Position numbers and translations under genes: made by a program. The notes below the pieces were generated by a model. That model did no database searches. It was not told the origin of the DNA and saw only the letters and a list, made by a program, of their open reading frames with translations. Shown in pieces: positions 1 to 8,684 of a stretch of DNA of 64,000 nt. Numbering within the stretch: the stretch's first letter is position 1; each line of letters begins with the position of its first letter. The DNA is from Rhodospirillaceae bacterium (lineage in GTDB: Bacteria > Pseudomonadota > Alphaproteobacteria > Rhodospirillales > Rhodospirillaceae), in contig JAIBCD010000003.1 in assembly GCA_019694335.1 (NCBI GenBank), positions 16,113-80,112 of the forward strand, in the 5' to 3' direction.

Positions 1-292
1 CATACCCCAGATCGTTGCCGAGGCAGGTGAGCGAGGACGCGTCGTTGAAGGTCACCGACCGGACGCCGCCGTTCTTGGCGAAATCGATCGCCATATGGCC
101 GGCGATCCCCGCCGACCCGCCGTTGCCGACGAACATCATCTTGTTGGGTGTGCCGATCAGTTTACGCATGGCGTCATGCGCGCGCGCGATCCCGGCATCC
201 ACCGAAATGGTCTTGCCGGAGTTGTCCGTGGCCTCGGTGGAATTCAAGACCTCGACGAAGGAGCGTAAGTAATCGGCGAAAGCGTTCGCCAT
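1..292 (-). CDS. SIS-domain protein, GmhA/DiaA-like phosphoheptose isomerase family (5' part only; runs off the window)
   Basis: Not in the ORF track because it is truncated. Own translation of the minus strand from ATG (CAT at 290-292) gives MANAFADYLRSFVEVLNSTEATDNSGKTISVDAGIARAHDAMRKLIGTPNKMMFVGNGGSAGIAGHMAIDFAKNGGVRSVTFNDASSLTCLGNDLGY. The FVGNGGSA...H motif is typical of SIS/GmhA-type proteins. Confidence 0.6.
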   Translation of the reverse strand, partial: MANAFADYLRSFVEVLNSTEATDNSGKTISVDAGIARAHDAMRKLIGTPNKMMFVGNGGSAGIAGHMAIDFAKNGGVRSVTFNDASSLTCLGNDLGY

Positions 293-423
293 AAGGGTCA
301 TCCTGAACTGTTACGCCCAAGTTATAGCGTTGTTTCAATAGATTAGAAAGGTTCTCACTTTGCTCGACTGCCCTGCGGGCGCGAAACTTGACCTCCGGAG
401 TGACCCGGGGTACTGAGGGAATC

Positions 424-472
424 CGTGGTGATTTGAGACCGGATTGCGGCCACGTTAAAAACCGCTAAAAGG
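424..472 (+). promoter_or_regulatory. Candidate SAM-II-like (metA-motif) riboswitch aptamer in the metZ leader
   Basis: The sequence GGUGAUUUGAGACCGGAUUGCGGCCACGUUAAAAACCGCUAAAAGG lies upstream of a methionine-biosynthesis gene. It has a GAUUU stretch, a small hairpin (CCG-GAUUG-CGG) and a 3' A-rich CCGCUAAAA segment that could pair with the UUGCGG loop as a pseudoknot. This is resemblance from memory of the SAM-II consensus, not a covariance-model hit. Confidence 0.4.
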
Positions 473-484
473 TCGAGGGCTTAC

Positions 485-515
485 GCCCCCGCCGTTCCGG
501 TCGGGGGCTTTTTTT
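485..515 (+). terminator. Intrinsic terminator / attenuator in the metZ leader
   Basis: GCCCCCGCCG-TTC-CGGTCGGGGGC hairpin followed by seven T (509-515), 25 nt before the metZ ATG. The upstream gene is divergent, so this hairpin cannot terminate it. Confidence 0.75.
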
Positions 516-539
516 ATTGCCCGAACACGAGGACCGACA

Positions 540-1730
540 ATGACCACCGATTACGAGTCTCAGCGCGATTGGGCTTTCCAGACACAACTTGTGCGCGGCG
601 CCACCGAGCGCAGCCAGTTCATGGAGACAAGCGAAGCGATCTATATGACCTCGGGCTATGTCTATAAGACCGCCGAGGAGGCCGAGCAGTCGTTCAAGAA
701 CGAAATCGAGCGCTACGTCTATTCGCGCTTCCGCAACCCGACCGTGGCGATGTTCGAACGCCGGCTCGCCCTGATCGAGGGCGCCGAGGCCTGCCGCGCC
801 ACCGCCAGCGGCATGGCGGCCGTGTTCGCCGCGCTCGCCTGCCAGCTCAGCGCCGGCGACCGGCTGGTGGCCTCGCGCGCGCTGTTCGGGTCGTGCCAGT
901 ACATCTGCGCCGAACTCCTGCCGCGCTTCGGGGTCGTGACGGAATTCGTGGATGGCGCGGACATCGCGCAATGGAAGGCGGCCCTGGCGAAGCCCGCCAA
1001 GGCGGTCTTCCTGGAGACGCCATCGAATCCCGGCCTGGAGATGATCGACCTGCCGGCGGTCTGCGCGCTGGCGCATGCCGCGGGCGCCACCGTGGTGGTC
1101 GACAATGTCTTCGCCACGCCGATCCTGCAAAAGCCCCTGGCGCTGGGCGCCGACGTGGTGGTGTATTCGGCCACCAAGCATATCGACGGCCAAGGCCGCT
1201 GCATGGGCGGCGCGGTGCTCGGAACCAAGCGGTTCATCACCGACACCTTCACGCCGTTCTTCCGCCACACCGGACCGAGCCTGTCGCCGTTCAACGCCTG
1301 GGTGCTTCTCAAGGGCCTCGAAACCCTCGACCTGCGCGTGCGGCGGCATTGCGAAAGCGCCCTGCAGATCGCACGCGCTTTGGCCAAGAACAAGGCGCTC
1401 TCGCGCGTGGCCTATCCGCTGCTGGAAAGCCATCCGCAGTATCACCTCGCGCGCCAGCAGATGACGGGCGGCGGCTCGATCATCGCCTTGGAGGTCGCGG
1501 GGGGCAAACCGGCGGCGTTCCGGTTCCTGAACAAGCTCAAGATCATCGACATCTCCAACAACCTCGGCGATGCGAAAAGCCTGATCTGCCATTCCGCCAC
1601 CACCACGCACCAGCGTTTGACGCCGGAACAGCGCGCGGCGGTCGGAATTACCGAAGGATTCATTCGCCTGTCGGTAGGGCTCGAGGATCCGAACGATTTG
1701 CTGGCGGACCTCACACAGGCGCTCGCCTGA
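540..1730 (+). CDS. metZ: O-succinylhomoserine sulfhydrylase (Cys/Met-metabolism PLP enzyme)
   Basis: 396-aa ORF. The N-terminus (...TQLVRGATERSQFMETSEAIYMTSGYVY...RYVYSRFRNPTV) and the SATKHIDGQGR lysine region are typical of MetZ and the cystathionine gamma-synthase family. Confidence 0.85.
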   Translation: MTTDYESQRDWAFQTQLVRGATERSQFMETSEAIYMTSGYVYKTAEEAEQSFKNEIERYVYSRFRNPTVAMFERRLALIEGAEACRATASGMAAVFAALACQLSAGDRLVASRALFGSCQYICAELLPRFGVVTEFVDGADIAQWKAALAKPAKAVFLETPSNPGLEMIDLPAVCALAHAAGATVVVDNVFATPILQKPLALGADVVVYSATKHIDGQGRCMGGAVLGTKRFITDTFTPFFRHTGPSLSPFNAWVLLKGLETLDLRVRRHCESALQIARALAKNKALSRVAYPLLESHPQYHLARQQMTGGGSIIALEVAGGKPAAFRFLNKLKIIDISNNLGDAKSLICHSATTTHQRLTPEQRAAVGITEGFIRLSVGLEDPNDLLADLTQALA

Positions 1731-1793
1731 CCGGAAGCCCTTGCGCTCAGGCCCTCGACGTTCAATATAGACGCATCAGACGCGAGGAATTCC

Positions 1794-2210
1794 GTGAGCC
1801 CAAAGCCGCCGGCAGCAGTGTACGAGAAGGTCACACGGGACATCTGCGTGTCCGTGCGCACCTTTTATCTCGAGGAGCAGTCGGCACCGGACCGCGATCA
1901 CTTCGTCTGGGCTTATCGCGTCAACATCGAAAACCGCGGGCCGGAAACCGTGCAGCTCCTGAACCGGCACTGGCGCATCACCGACAAGCTCGGCCGTCTT
2001 CAGGAATTCAAGGGACCGGGCGTGGTCGGCGAGCAACCCGTCCTGAAGCCGGGGGAGAATTTCGAATACACCAGCGGCTGCCCGCTGCCGACGCCGTCGG
2101 GCATCATGGTCGGCAGCTATGAGATGACCACACCCGAGGGTGAGCGCTTCGACATTGAAATTCCGGCCTTTTCTCTCGATAGCCCTTACGACACCGCCGC
2201 CATAAACTGA
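1794..2210 (+). CDS. apaG: ApaG (DUF525) protein
   Basis: 138 aa with a GTG start preceded by GAGGAA. Motifs are [12 protein letters not shown]...[12 protein letters not shown]...[21 protein letters not shown]...PSG.M.GSY. Confidence 0.85.
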   Translation: MSPKPPAAVYEKVTRDICVSVRTFYLEEQSAPDRDHFVWAYRVNIENRGPETVQLLNRHWRITDKLGRLQEFKGPGVVGEQPVLKPGENFEYTSGCPLPTPSGIMVGSYEMTTPEGERFDIEIPAFSLDSPYDTAAIN

Positions 2211-2215
2211 TCCCC

Positions 2216-2806
2216 ATGAACACACCCAGAATCCCGCCGCGGCCCAGCCGTGAAGAAGCCGAAGCCGCCGTCGCCACGCTCATCCGCTGGGCCGGCGACG
2301 ACCCCGCCCGTGAGGGCCTGGGCGATACGCCCGCGCGCGTGGTTCGGTCCTACGAAGAGTTCTTCGCCGGATACCACAAGGATCCCGAGGAAATTCTGCG
2401 CACCACCTTCGAGGAAACCGATGGCTACGATGAAATGGTGGTCCTCAAGGACATCACCTTCGAGAGCCACTGCGAACACCACATGGTGCCGATCATCGGC
2501 AAGGCCTATGTCGCCTATCTGCCCAACAAACGCGTCGTCGGCATCTCAAAGCTCGCGCGCGTGGTCGAGGCCTATGCCAAGCGGCTTCAGATCCAGGAAA
2601 AGATGACCGCGCAGATCGCCAACGCCATCAATGACGTGCTGAAGCCCAAGGGTGTCGCGGTTGTGGTCGAGGCCGAACACCAATGCATGACCACCCGCGG
2701 CGTCGAGAAGCCGGGAGTCGCCATGGTCACCAGCACGATGCTGGGCGCCTTCCGCGACGATCCATCGACCCGGAAAGAGTTCCTGGCCTTTATCGGCCGC
2801 ACCTAA
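2216..2806 (+). CDS. folE: GTP cyclohydrolase I
   Basis: 196 aa with the signature [20 protein letters not shown]...QERLT-like QEKMTAQIA...HQCMTTRG. Confidence 0.9.
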   Translation: MNTPRIPPRPSREEAEAAVATLIRWAGDDPAREGLGDTPARVVRSYEEFFAGYHKDPEEILRTTFEETDGYDEMVVLKDITFESHCEHHMVPIIGKAYVAYLPNKRVVGISKLARVVEAYAKRLQIQEKMTAQIANAINDVLKPKGVAVVVEAEHQCMTTRGVEKPGVAMVTSTMLGAFRDDPSTRKEFLAFIGRT

Positions 2807-2867
2807 AGCATTTTCCGGCGAAGCGAGAATCGGTTCGCCGGAGAAAATGCGACAAAATAATAGTCCT

Positions 2868-3446
2868 TTAGTGCAGGTACCCTGACATCGTCGACCGCAT
2901 GCGGGGCAGCAGCTCCGCGTCCATGTTGTCGAACGTGGCCTTGATCATATCGGCCCAGACCTTGCGCTTGTCGTCTTCGGTGGCGCCTTCGGTGACCGTC
3001 TGCGTCTGCCACGATTTGCCTTCGGCCGAGGCGACGGATTTGCCGTTGGGGTCGATCACCGCCACTTCCACCGCCAGCCGCGCGTCGTATTCCGCCGCCT
3101 GATCCTTGGTGAACCAGCCCTTGATGCCGCCGGTCTTGGGCAGCAGCTTCTCGGTGATGTCGCCTTCCTTCAAGGTGACGCGCAGCGTGTTCACGCTGTT
3201 GCCGCTGAGGTTGAACCGCGCCGCGGCCCAGGCCTTTACCGCTTGCTCGAAAGTGAACGGCGCGCGGTACATCACATGGGGATATTCCTTGGGTGGCCGG
3301 GCCTCGATATTGATCGAGAGCGCGACCGCATCGGTGGAGAACATGGTCGCGTCGGCGAAGCGCAAGGGCGCCTCGGCGGCCGAGGCTGCGTGGAAAACCA
3401 GGGCGACGAACGCCGGCACCAGGATTTTGGCGATGGATTTGGTCAT
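2868..3446 (-). CDS. Secreted/periplasmic protein of unknown function
   Basis: ORF 2868..3581 trimmed to ATG at 3446. MTKSIAKILVPAFVALVFHAASAAEAP looks like a Sec signal peptide. I recognise no family. Confidence 0.5.
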   Translation of the reverse strand: MTKSIAKILVPAFVALVFHAASAAEAPLRFADATMFSTDAVALSINIEARPPKEYPHVMYRAPFTFEQAVKAWAAARFNLSGNSVNTLRVTLKEGDITEKLLPKTGGIKGWFTKDQAAEYDARLAVEVAVIDPNGKSVASAEGKSWQTQTVTEGATEDDKRKVWADMIKATFDNMDAELLPRMRSTMSGYLH

Positions 3447-3528
3447 GGCATCCCTATCCGTAACGTTATTGGTTTGTCGCGTGTCCGAGTGGAAAACCGG
3501 ATTCCACCTTTCCGGGGCACGCTCCAGC

Positions 3529-4467
3529 TCAAGCACGGTGCTTTTCAGCGATGGCTTCGATATCCGATTCCAGAAACACATAGTCGGCGCGGCAAAACTC
3601 GCACGTCATGTGAATTTCGCCATTGTCCGCGTAAGATTTCACTTCTTCCACCGGAAATGAGGCAAGAATGCGTTCGCTGCGCGCACGCGAGCAGCGGCAC
3701 TTCGCGGCCACGGGCCGGGCCTTGGCCGCCCGCACGTCCAGAGTGGCGAACAGGCGGTGCAGAAGCCGTTCCGGGGTCAAGGTAACGTCCAGCAACTCCG
3801 CGTCTTTCACGCTGCTCATCAAGATGACCGCCGTGCGCCAGACGTCGTCGCTTTCCTCACGGCTGGCGATGGGAACCCCGCCGGCCTCGGGCATGCGCTG
3901 CAGGAGCAACGCCGCCGCGACCCAATCGCCGGCCCCGTCCTGGGGCGCCGAAGCGACGATTTTCAGCGCCGATTCGAGCTGTTCCGATTGACGGAAATAG
4001 TGATGGATGGCGTCCGCCAGGGTTTCTCCCGACAGCTCCACGATGCCCTGATAGCGCTCGGTATCCTGACCTTGATCCACGGTGAAGGACAGATGCGCTC
4101 CCGGCCCCAGCAGATGGGGCAGCGCCGCGCCGGTCCGGGCCCGCGCCATCTCCGCCGCCACCTCGCCCGGATCGAACTTGGTGCAGCCGCGCAAGGCGCC
4201 GTCGCTGGTGACATCCGTCACCAGGGTATGAACCGGCCCCTTACCCTGCACCTGCAGCGTAAACACGCCTTTGTATTTGAGGCCGCTGGCCAGCGCCACG
4301 GCCGCCGCCATGGCTTCGGCCAGCAGCAGCGACACCGGTTCGGGATCCTGGTGAGCCTTGATGATCTCGGTGGCCGCCGCCGTCAGGCGAACCAATCTTC
4401 CGCGAAACGCACCGCCCGCAAGAATGAACGGCAGGCAGACGTCGGCTGACTTCAACGCCTCGGACAT
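3529..4467 (-). CDS. hslO: Hsp33 redox-regulated chaperone
   Basis: The C-terminal Zn/redox switch is KCRCSRAR...TCEFCRADYVF (CXC...CXXC). The start was trimmed to MSEALKS at 4467, whose ATG overlaps the argF TGA. The 459-aa ORF in the track runs into argF. Confidence 0.85.
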   Translation of the reverse strand: MSEALKSADVCLPFILAGGAFRGRLVRLTAAATEIIKAHQDPEPVSLLLAEAMAAAVALASGLKYKGVFTLQVQGKGPVHTLVTDVTSDGALRGCTKFDPGEVAAEMARARTGAALPHLLGPGAHLSFTVDQGQDTERYQGIVELSGETLADAIHHYFRQSEQLESALKIVASAPQDGAGDWVAAALLLQRMPEAGGVPIASREESDDVWRTAVILMSSVKDAELLDVTLTPERLLHRLFATLDVRAAKARPVAAKCRCSRARSERILASFPVEEVKSYADNGEIHMTCEFCRADYVFLESDIEAIAEKHRA

Positions 4468-5363
4468 CAGGTGAGACACCACAGCAGCACGCCTTTTTGG
4501 GCGTGCAGGCGGTTTTCCGCCTCGTCCCACACCGCCGACTGCGGGCCGTCCATCACGCCGGCGGTGACCTCTTCGCCGCGATGGGCGGGCAGGCAGTGCA
4601 TGAAGATCGCATCGGATTTGGCAGCAGCCATCAGGCCCTCGTTCACCTGGAACGGCGTCAGCATATTGTGCCGGTTGCCGGTATCGTCGCCCATCGATAC
4701 CCAGGTATCCGTGACGATGCAATCCGCGCCTTTCGCGGCGGCAAAGGGGTCGGCGGTCACGGACACTTTCGCGCCCCTGGCCTTCGCCCAGGACAGCGCT
4801 TTTTCCGCCGGCGACAGCGCCGCGGGACAGGCGAGCCGCAATTCGAAGCCGAAATGCGCCGCCGCGTGGATCCAGCTGGTCGCGACATTGTTGCCGTCGC
4901 CCGACCAAGCCACCACCGCCTTGCCGATGTCGCCCTTGCGTTCCTCATAAGTCATGATGTCGGCCATGATCTGGCAAGGATGCGATGCGTCCGTGAGACC
5001 GTTGATCACCGGCACCGTGGCATGGCGCGCGAGCTCGGCCAGCTTCTCCGGCGCCGAGGTGCGTATCATGATCGCGTCCACATAACGCGACAGCACGCGC
5101 GCGGTATCCGCGATGCTTTCGCCGCGGCCGATCTGGGTTTCCTGGGGCGACAGGGTCACGACGTTCCCACCCAATTGCTGCATACCGACCTGGAACGACA
5201 CCCGTGTCCGCGTCGACGGTTTCTCGAACACCATCGCCAAGGTGCGGCCCGCGAGAGGTTTCTCGCCGCCGCGGCTTTTCTTCAGCCGGACCGATGCGTC
5301 AAGGATGTCGCGCAGGGTCGCCGCGGTCATAACATCCAGATCGAGAAAATGTTTCAGCGCCAT
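4467..5363 (-). CDS. argF: Ornithine carbamoyltransferase
   Basis: 298 aa with the motifs [12 protein letters not shown] and [13 protein letters not shown]. Confidence 0.9.
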   Translation of the reverse strand: MALKHFLDLDVMTAATLRDILDASVRLKKSRGGEKPLAGRTLAMVFEKPSTRTRVSFQVGMQQLGGNVVTLSPQETQIGRGESIADTARVLSRYVDAIMIRTSAPEKLAELARHATVPVINGLTDASHPCQIMADIMTYEERKGDIGKAVVAWSGDGNNVATSWIHAAAHFGFELRLACPAALSPAEKALSWAKARGAKVSVTADPFAAAKGADCIVTDTWVSMGDDTGNRHNMLTPFQVNEGLMAAAKSDAIFMHCLPAHRGEEVTAGVMDGPQSAVWDEAENRLHAQKGVLLWCLT

Positions 5364-5389
5364 GGCTTCGGGCCGGATTGTTGAAGGGA

Positions 5390-6571
5390 TTAGAGGGTCG
5401 CGGCCAACTGGCCGGCGGCGAGGTCGATGATGGCGGTCGCGGCGTCGATCTCGGTCTCGCCGATGATCAACGGCGGCACCAGGCGCACGACGTTATCGCC
5501 GGCGGCCACGGCCAGCAAACCATTGGCGAACAACCGGGCCACGACATCGCCGTTGGGCACCTTGCACTTCAGCCCGAGCATGAGGCCTTGGCCGCGCGCC
5601 TCCTGGAACACACGATCATGTTTCCTGGCGATCGCATCGAGCCGGGCATGCAGCACCGCGGCCATGGCGTTGACATGCGCGAGGAATCCCGGCTTCAGCA
5701 TCACGTCCAGCACCGCATTGGCGACGGCGGTCGCCAGCGGATTGCCGCCAAAGGTGGAGCCGTGGGTACCGGGCTTCATGTCCTTGGCCGCGCGCTCGGT
5801 CGCGAGGCAAGCGCCGATCGGGAAGCCGCCTCCCAAGCCTTTGGCCAGCGCCATCACATCCGGTGTCACGCCAGCCCATTCATGGGCAAACAGCTTGCCG
5901 GTGCGGCCCATGCCGGTCTGGACCTCGTCGAAGATCAGCAACAGGCGGAACTCGTCGGCCATGGCGCGCAGTCCTTTCAGGTACTGCGCGTCGGCGGGGA
6001 TGATCCCGCCTTCGCCTTGCACGGGCTCGACCACCACCGCCGCCGTTTGGGCCGTGATCGCGGCGCGAGCCTCGTTGAGATTGCCGAAGGCCACTTGGTC
6101 GAAGCCGTCGACCTTGGGCGCGAAGCCGTCGAGATGCTTTTCCTGGCCGCCGGCGGAGATGGTCGCGAGCGTGCGGCCATGAAAAGCGCCGCGCGCCGTG
6201 ATGACGCGGTATTTTTCCTTGGCACCTTGGGCCTGGTGATAGCGCCGCGCGATCTTGAGGGCGCACTCCATGGCCTCGGCGCCGGAATTGCAGAAGAACG
6301 CGGTGTCGGCGAAGGAATTGTCCACCAGCCGCGCCGCCAGCTTTTCCTGGCCGGGCACGCGGTAGAGATTGGAGCAGTGCCACAGCTTCTCGGCCTGGCT
6401 CTTCAGAACGTCGACCAGGTAGGGATGCGCATGGCCGAGCGCCGTCACCGCGACGCCGGCGCCGAAATCCAGGAAACGGCGGCCATCGGCGGTATACAGC
6501 CAGGCGCCTTCGCCGTGATCGAACATCACGTCGGTGCGCGCATAGGTCGGCATCACTGCGGAAATGCTCAT
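5390..6571 (-). CDS. argD: Acetylornithine aminotransferase (class III PLP)
   Basis: 393 aa. Motifs are MPTYAR...[29 protein letters not shown] and [13 protein letters not shown]. It sits upstream of argF in the same direction. Confidence 0.9.
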   Translation of the reverse strand: MSISAVMPTYARTDVMFDHGEGAWLYTADGRRFLDFGAGVAVTALGHAHPYLVDVLKSQAEKLWHCSNLYRVPGQEKLAARLVDNSFADTAFFCNSGAEAMECALKIARRYHQAQGAKEKYRVITARGAFHGRTLATISAGGQEKHLDGFAPKVDGFDQVAFGNLNEARAAITAQTAAVVVEPVQGEGGIIPADAQYLKGLRAMADEFRLLLIFDEVQTGMGRTGKLFAHEWAGVTPDVMALAKGLGGGFPIGACLATERAAKDMKPGTHGSTFGGNPLATAVANAVLDVMLKPGFLAHVNAMAAVLHARLDAIARKHDRVFQEARGQGLMLGLKCKVPNGDVVARLFANGLLAVAAGDNVVRLVPPLIIGETEIDAATAIIDLAAGQLAATL

Positions 6572-6613
6572 CCCTTCGCCTTTTTCATGAGGCGCATCGC
6601 CATGTCATCGTAC

Positions 6614-6649
6614 CGGAAAAAGCTTCGGGCGGCTTGCGCCGCCCGAAGG
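6614..6649 (-). terminator. Intrinsic terminator after the ABC-2 permease gene
   Basis: The minus strand reads CCTTCGGGCGGC-GCAA-GCCGCCCGAAG followed by CTTTTTCC. The stem is 11 bp. Confidence 0.6.
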
Positions 6650-6710
6650 TGCGGATTCATACGCCGGCTATAGATTTTGTCAACGTTGGCTGTCAGAAAA
6701 TCTTAATGGG

Positions 6711-7520
6711 TCACGACTTCAGCTTGTAGCCGCTGCGGATGACCAGGTAGGTCCACGCCAGCCCCACGATATTCACGCCCAACAGCACCACCACGCCGAG
6801 CACCGGCCGGGTCGCGTCCTGACCCAGGAAGCCGTAGCGAAAACCGTCGATGTTGTAGAAGAACGGGTTGTAGTGGGCGAGAAATTGCGCCCACGGCGGC
6901 AACCGGTCGATGGTGTAGAAAGTGCCGGACAGGAAGGTCAGCGGCGTGACGATGAAGTTGGTCACCGCCGCCATATGGTCGAACTTGTCGGCCCACACCG
7001 CCGCCAGAATTCCCGCCCAGGACATCATCAGGCAGCCCGCGACCGCGTGAAACACCAGGAATCCCACCGAGTACAGATGCAAGTGGGCGAAGAACGCCAT
7101 GCTCGCGGCGCAGGCGATGCCCACCACCACACCGCGCGTTACCCCGCCCAGGGTCCAGGCGATCGTGAGCTCCAGCGCGCTCAACGGCGGCATCAGCACA
7201 TCGACGATATTGCCCTGGACCTTGGACACCAGGATCGACGACGAGGTGTTGGCGAAGGCGTTCTGGACCATGGTCATGATCACGAGGCCCGGCACGAGGA
7301 ATTCCTCGAACGGGTAGCCCGCGATGACCGTGCCGCCGCGCCCGAAGGCGAAGACCATCACCAGCAGGAACATCAGGGTGGTGATCACCGGCGCCAGAAC
7401 GGTCTGGAAGATCACCTTCCAGAAGCGGCGCACCTCCTTCAGGTACAGCTGCCACATGCCGAGCCAGTTGACCGCGCCCATGGTGCGGGGCAGCGGCAGC
7501 GTATTTGTGTGTTCGGTCAT
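6711..7520 (-). CDS. ABC-2 type transporter permease (no adjacent ATPase)
   Basis: Polytopic membrane protein (...WQLYLKEVRRFWKVIFQTVLAPVITTLMFL...) typical of the ABC-2/YadH-like family. The start was trimmed to ATG at 7520, because the track start at 7553 is TTG. Confidence 0.7.
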   Translation of the reverse strand: MTEHTNTLPLPRTMGAVNWLGMWQLYLKEVRRFWKVIFQTVLAPVITTLMFLLVMVFAFGRGGTVIAGYPFEEFLVPGLVIMTMVQNAFANTSSSILVSKVQGNIVDVLMPPLSALELTIAWTLGGVTRGVVVGIACAASMAFFAHLHLYSVGFLVFHAVAGCLMMSWAGILAAVWADKFDHMAAVTNFIVTPLTFLSGTFYTIDRLPPWAQFLAHYNPFFYNIDGFRYGFLGQDATRPVLGVVVLLGVNIVGLAWTYLVIRSGYKLKS

Positions 7521-7572
7521 AAATCCCGGCTCTCTGGTCAGCGACGCGGTCAATTTAGGCTATATATGCCAC

Positions 7573-8157
7573 ATGGAAAAGCGTGAGGAGCCCGGGAGGA
7601 CCGCCCGCAAAGCGCGGGGCGCACCCCGCAAAATGACAAAGGCGCGGGTGATCAATATCGCGCGCTTTCACATGGAGCGCTTTTCCTGCACCGCCGGGCA
7701 CCTCAAGGCCGTTCTCACGCGCCGGACCGACCGTGCGCTCCGCGTACACGGCGGGGATCGCGCCGAGGCCCTGGCGTGGATCGACGTGGCGGTACAAAGC
7801 CTGCAACGGGCGGGGGTTCTGGACGATGCGAAATTCGCGCACGCCCTGGCGACCTCCCTGCGCCGCAAGGGAAAAGCGCCCGCGCGGATTCAGGTGGCCT
7901 TGCTCGCCAAGGGCGTGCCGCGGGACATCGCCGTCCAGGCCGTCCGCGAATCCGCCGGTCCCGGCGACGCGGAGGACGCCTATGCCAGTGCGCGGGTCTA
8001 CATCCGCCGCAGGCGCCTGGGGCCCTTCCGGCCGGAGGAGCGCGCCAAACTAAGTCCGCTGGACCAGCGCCGCCTTGCGCAAAAGGAGCTGGCGGCCGTG
8101 GTGCGCGCGGGGTTCTCGATCGACATCGCGCGCCGCGTCCTGGCGGAAGAAGACTAA
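7573..8157 (+). CDS. recX: RecX-family regulatory protein
   Basis: ORF 7324..8157 trimmed to ATG at 7573. It has repeated helical modules (...NIARFHMERFSCTAGHLKAVLTRR..., AGVLDDAKFAHALATSLRRKG...) like RecX. The start could also be 7633. Confidence 0.7.
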   Translation: MEKREEPGRTARKARGAPRKMTKARVINIARFHMERFSCTAGHLKAVLTRRTDRALRVHGGDRAEALAWIDVAVQSLQRAGVLDDAKFAHALATSLRRKGKAPARIQVALLAKGVPRDIAVQAVRESAGPGDAEDAYASARVYIRRRRLGPFRPEERAKLSPLDQRRLAQKELAAVVRAGFSIDIARRVLAEED

Positions 8158-8684
8158 CCGCGCGCCGCGAGCGCCCGGTTCTCGGCCGTGATCCGGACCC
8201 ACAGCACCAGTGCGTTCAAGGCCGAGAACAGCACTGCGACCGGCCAGGCGCCGAGAGCGAGCGGCAGAAGCGCGATTTCCAATACCACGACCGCGTAGTT
8301 CGGATGCTTGAGGAACCGGTAAGGGCCGCGCCGGACCAACGGCGCCGACGGCAAACTGATGATGCGCGTAGTCCAGTAACGTCCGAGGCTGGCGATCACC
8401 CAGGCCCGCAGCGGCTGCACCAACAGATAAAGCGCGATGCCCGCCGGGTTCATTCCCGGCGGCATGAGCGCCGCCCACAGCGCCAGCGCCACAAGCCAGC
8501 CGGCATGGACCGCGACGATGAAAGGATAGTGTTCCGCGCCGTATTCGACCGCGCCTTGCGCCCGCAATGCCCGCTCGTGGCGGCGGCTGATGAACAATTC
8601 CGCGATGCGTTGAACCGCTACGAGTGCCAGCACCACGGCGATCCATACGCGTGGCACCGGAACGAGGGTGAGCAGTTGATCCAT
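8154..8684 (-). CDS. Isoprenylcysteine carboxyl methyltransferase (ICMT)-family membrane methyltransferase
   Basis: Polytopic protein with RGPYRFLKHPNY. The ATG at 8684 overlaps the TGA of the upstream type III PKS (ATGA). Confidence 0.75.
   Translation of the reverse strand: MDQLLTLVPVPRVWIAVVLALVAVQRIAELFISRRHERALRAQGAVEYGAEHYPFIVAVHAGWLVALALWAALMPPGMNPAGIALYLLVQPLRAWVIASLGRYWTTRIISLPSAPLVRRGPYRFLKHPNYAVVVLEIALLPLALGAWPVAVLFSALNALVLWVRITAENRALAARG

Noticed and set aside
465-2122. Long ORFs 465..1610 (-), 719..1393 (-) and 893..2122 (+) overlapping metZ/apaG
   Set aside because: They are Arg/Ala/Gly/Pro-rich translations in alternative frames of a high-GC gene with a clear homology-supported frame (metZ). 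They are typical GC-skewed shadow ORFs.
2811-2846. Hairpin TTTTCCGGCGAA-(11 nt)-TTCGCCGGAGAAAA between folE and the convergent gene, as a terminator or a third copy of the 45-nt element
   Set aside because: It has a similar style (a CCGG-containing long palindrome next to stop codons), but its sequence does not align with copies A and B and it lacks a U-tail. It is left as an unclassified hairpin.
3529-4908. 459-aa version of the Hsp33 ORF, and similar over-extended ORFs (lysA 19849, type III PKS 9973, CopC 38313, PlsC 29011, LptG 12122)
   Set aside because: The N-terminal extensions run into the upstream gene, are low-complexity Arg/Pro-rich, and have internal starts that coincide with conserved N-termini, SD sequences or ATGA junctions. 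The starts were trimmed instead.
5378-6673. 431-aa plus-strand ORF antisense to argD
   Set aside because: It is a shadow ORF opposite a well-supported aminotransferase frame, with no recognisable motifs.
7500-7575. Alphaproteobacterial SOS box (GTTC-N7-GTTC) in front of recX
   Set aside because: Only GTTCGGTCATAAATC is present. The second half-site is AATC rather than GTTC, and it lies inside the permease coding start.
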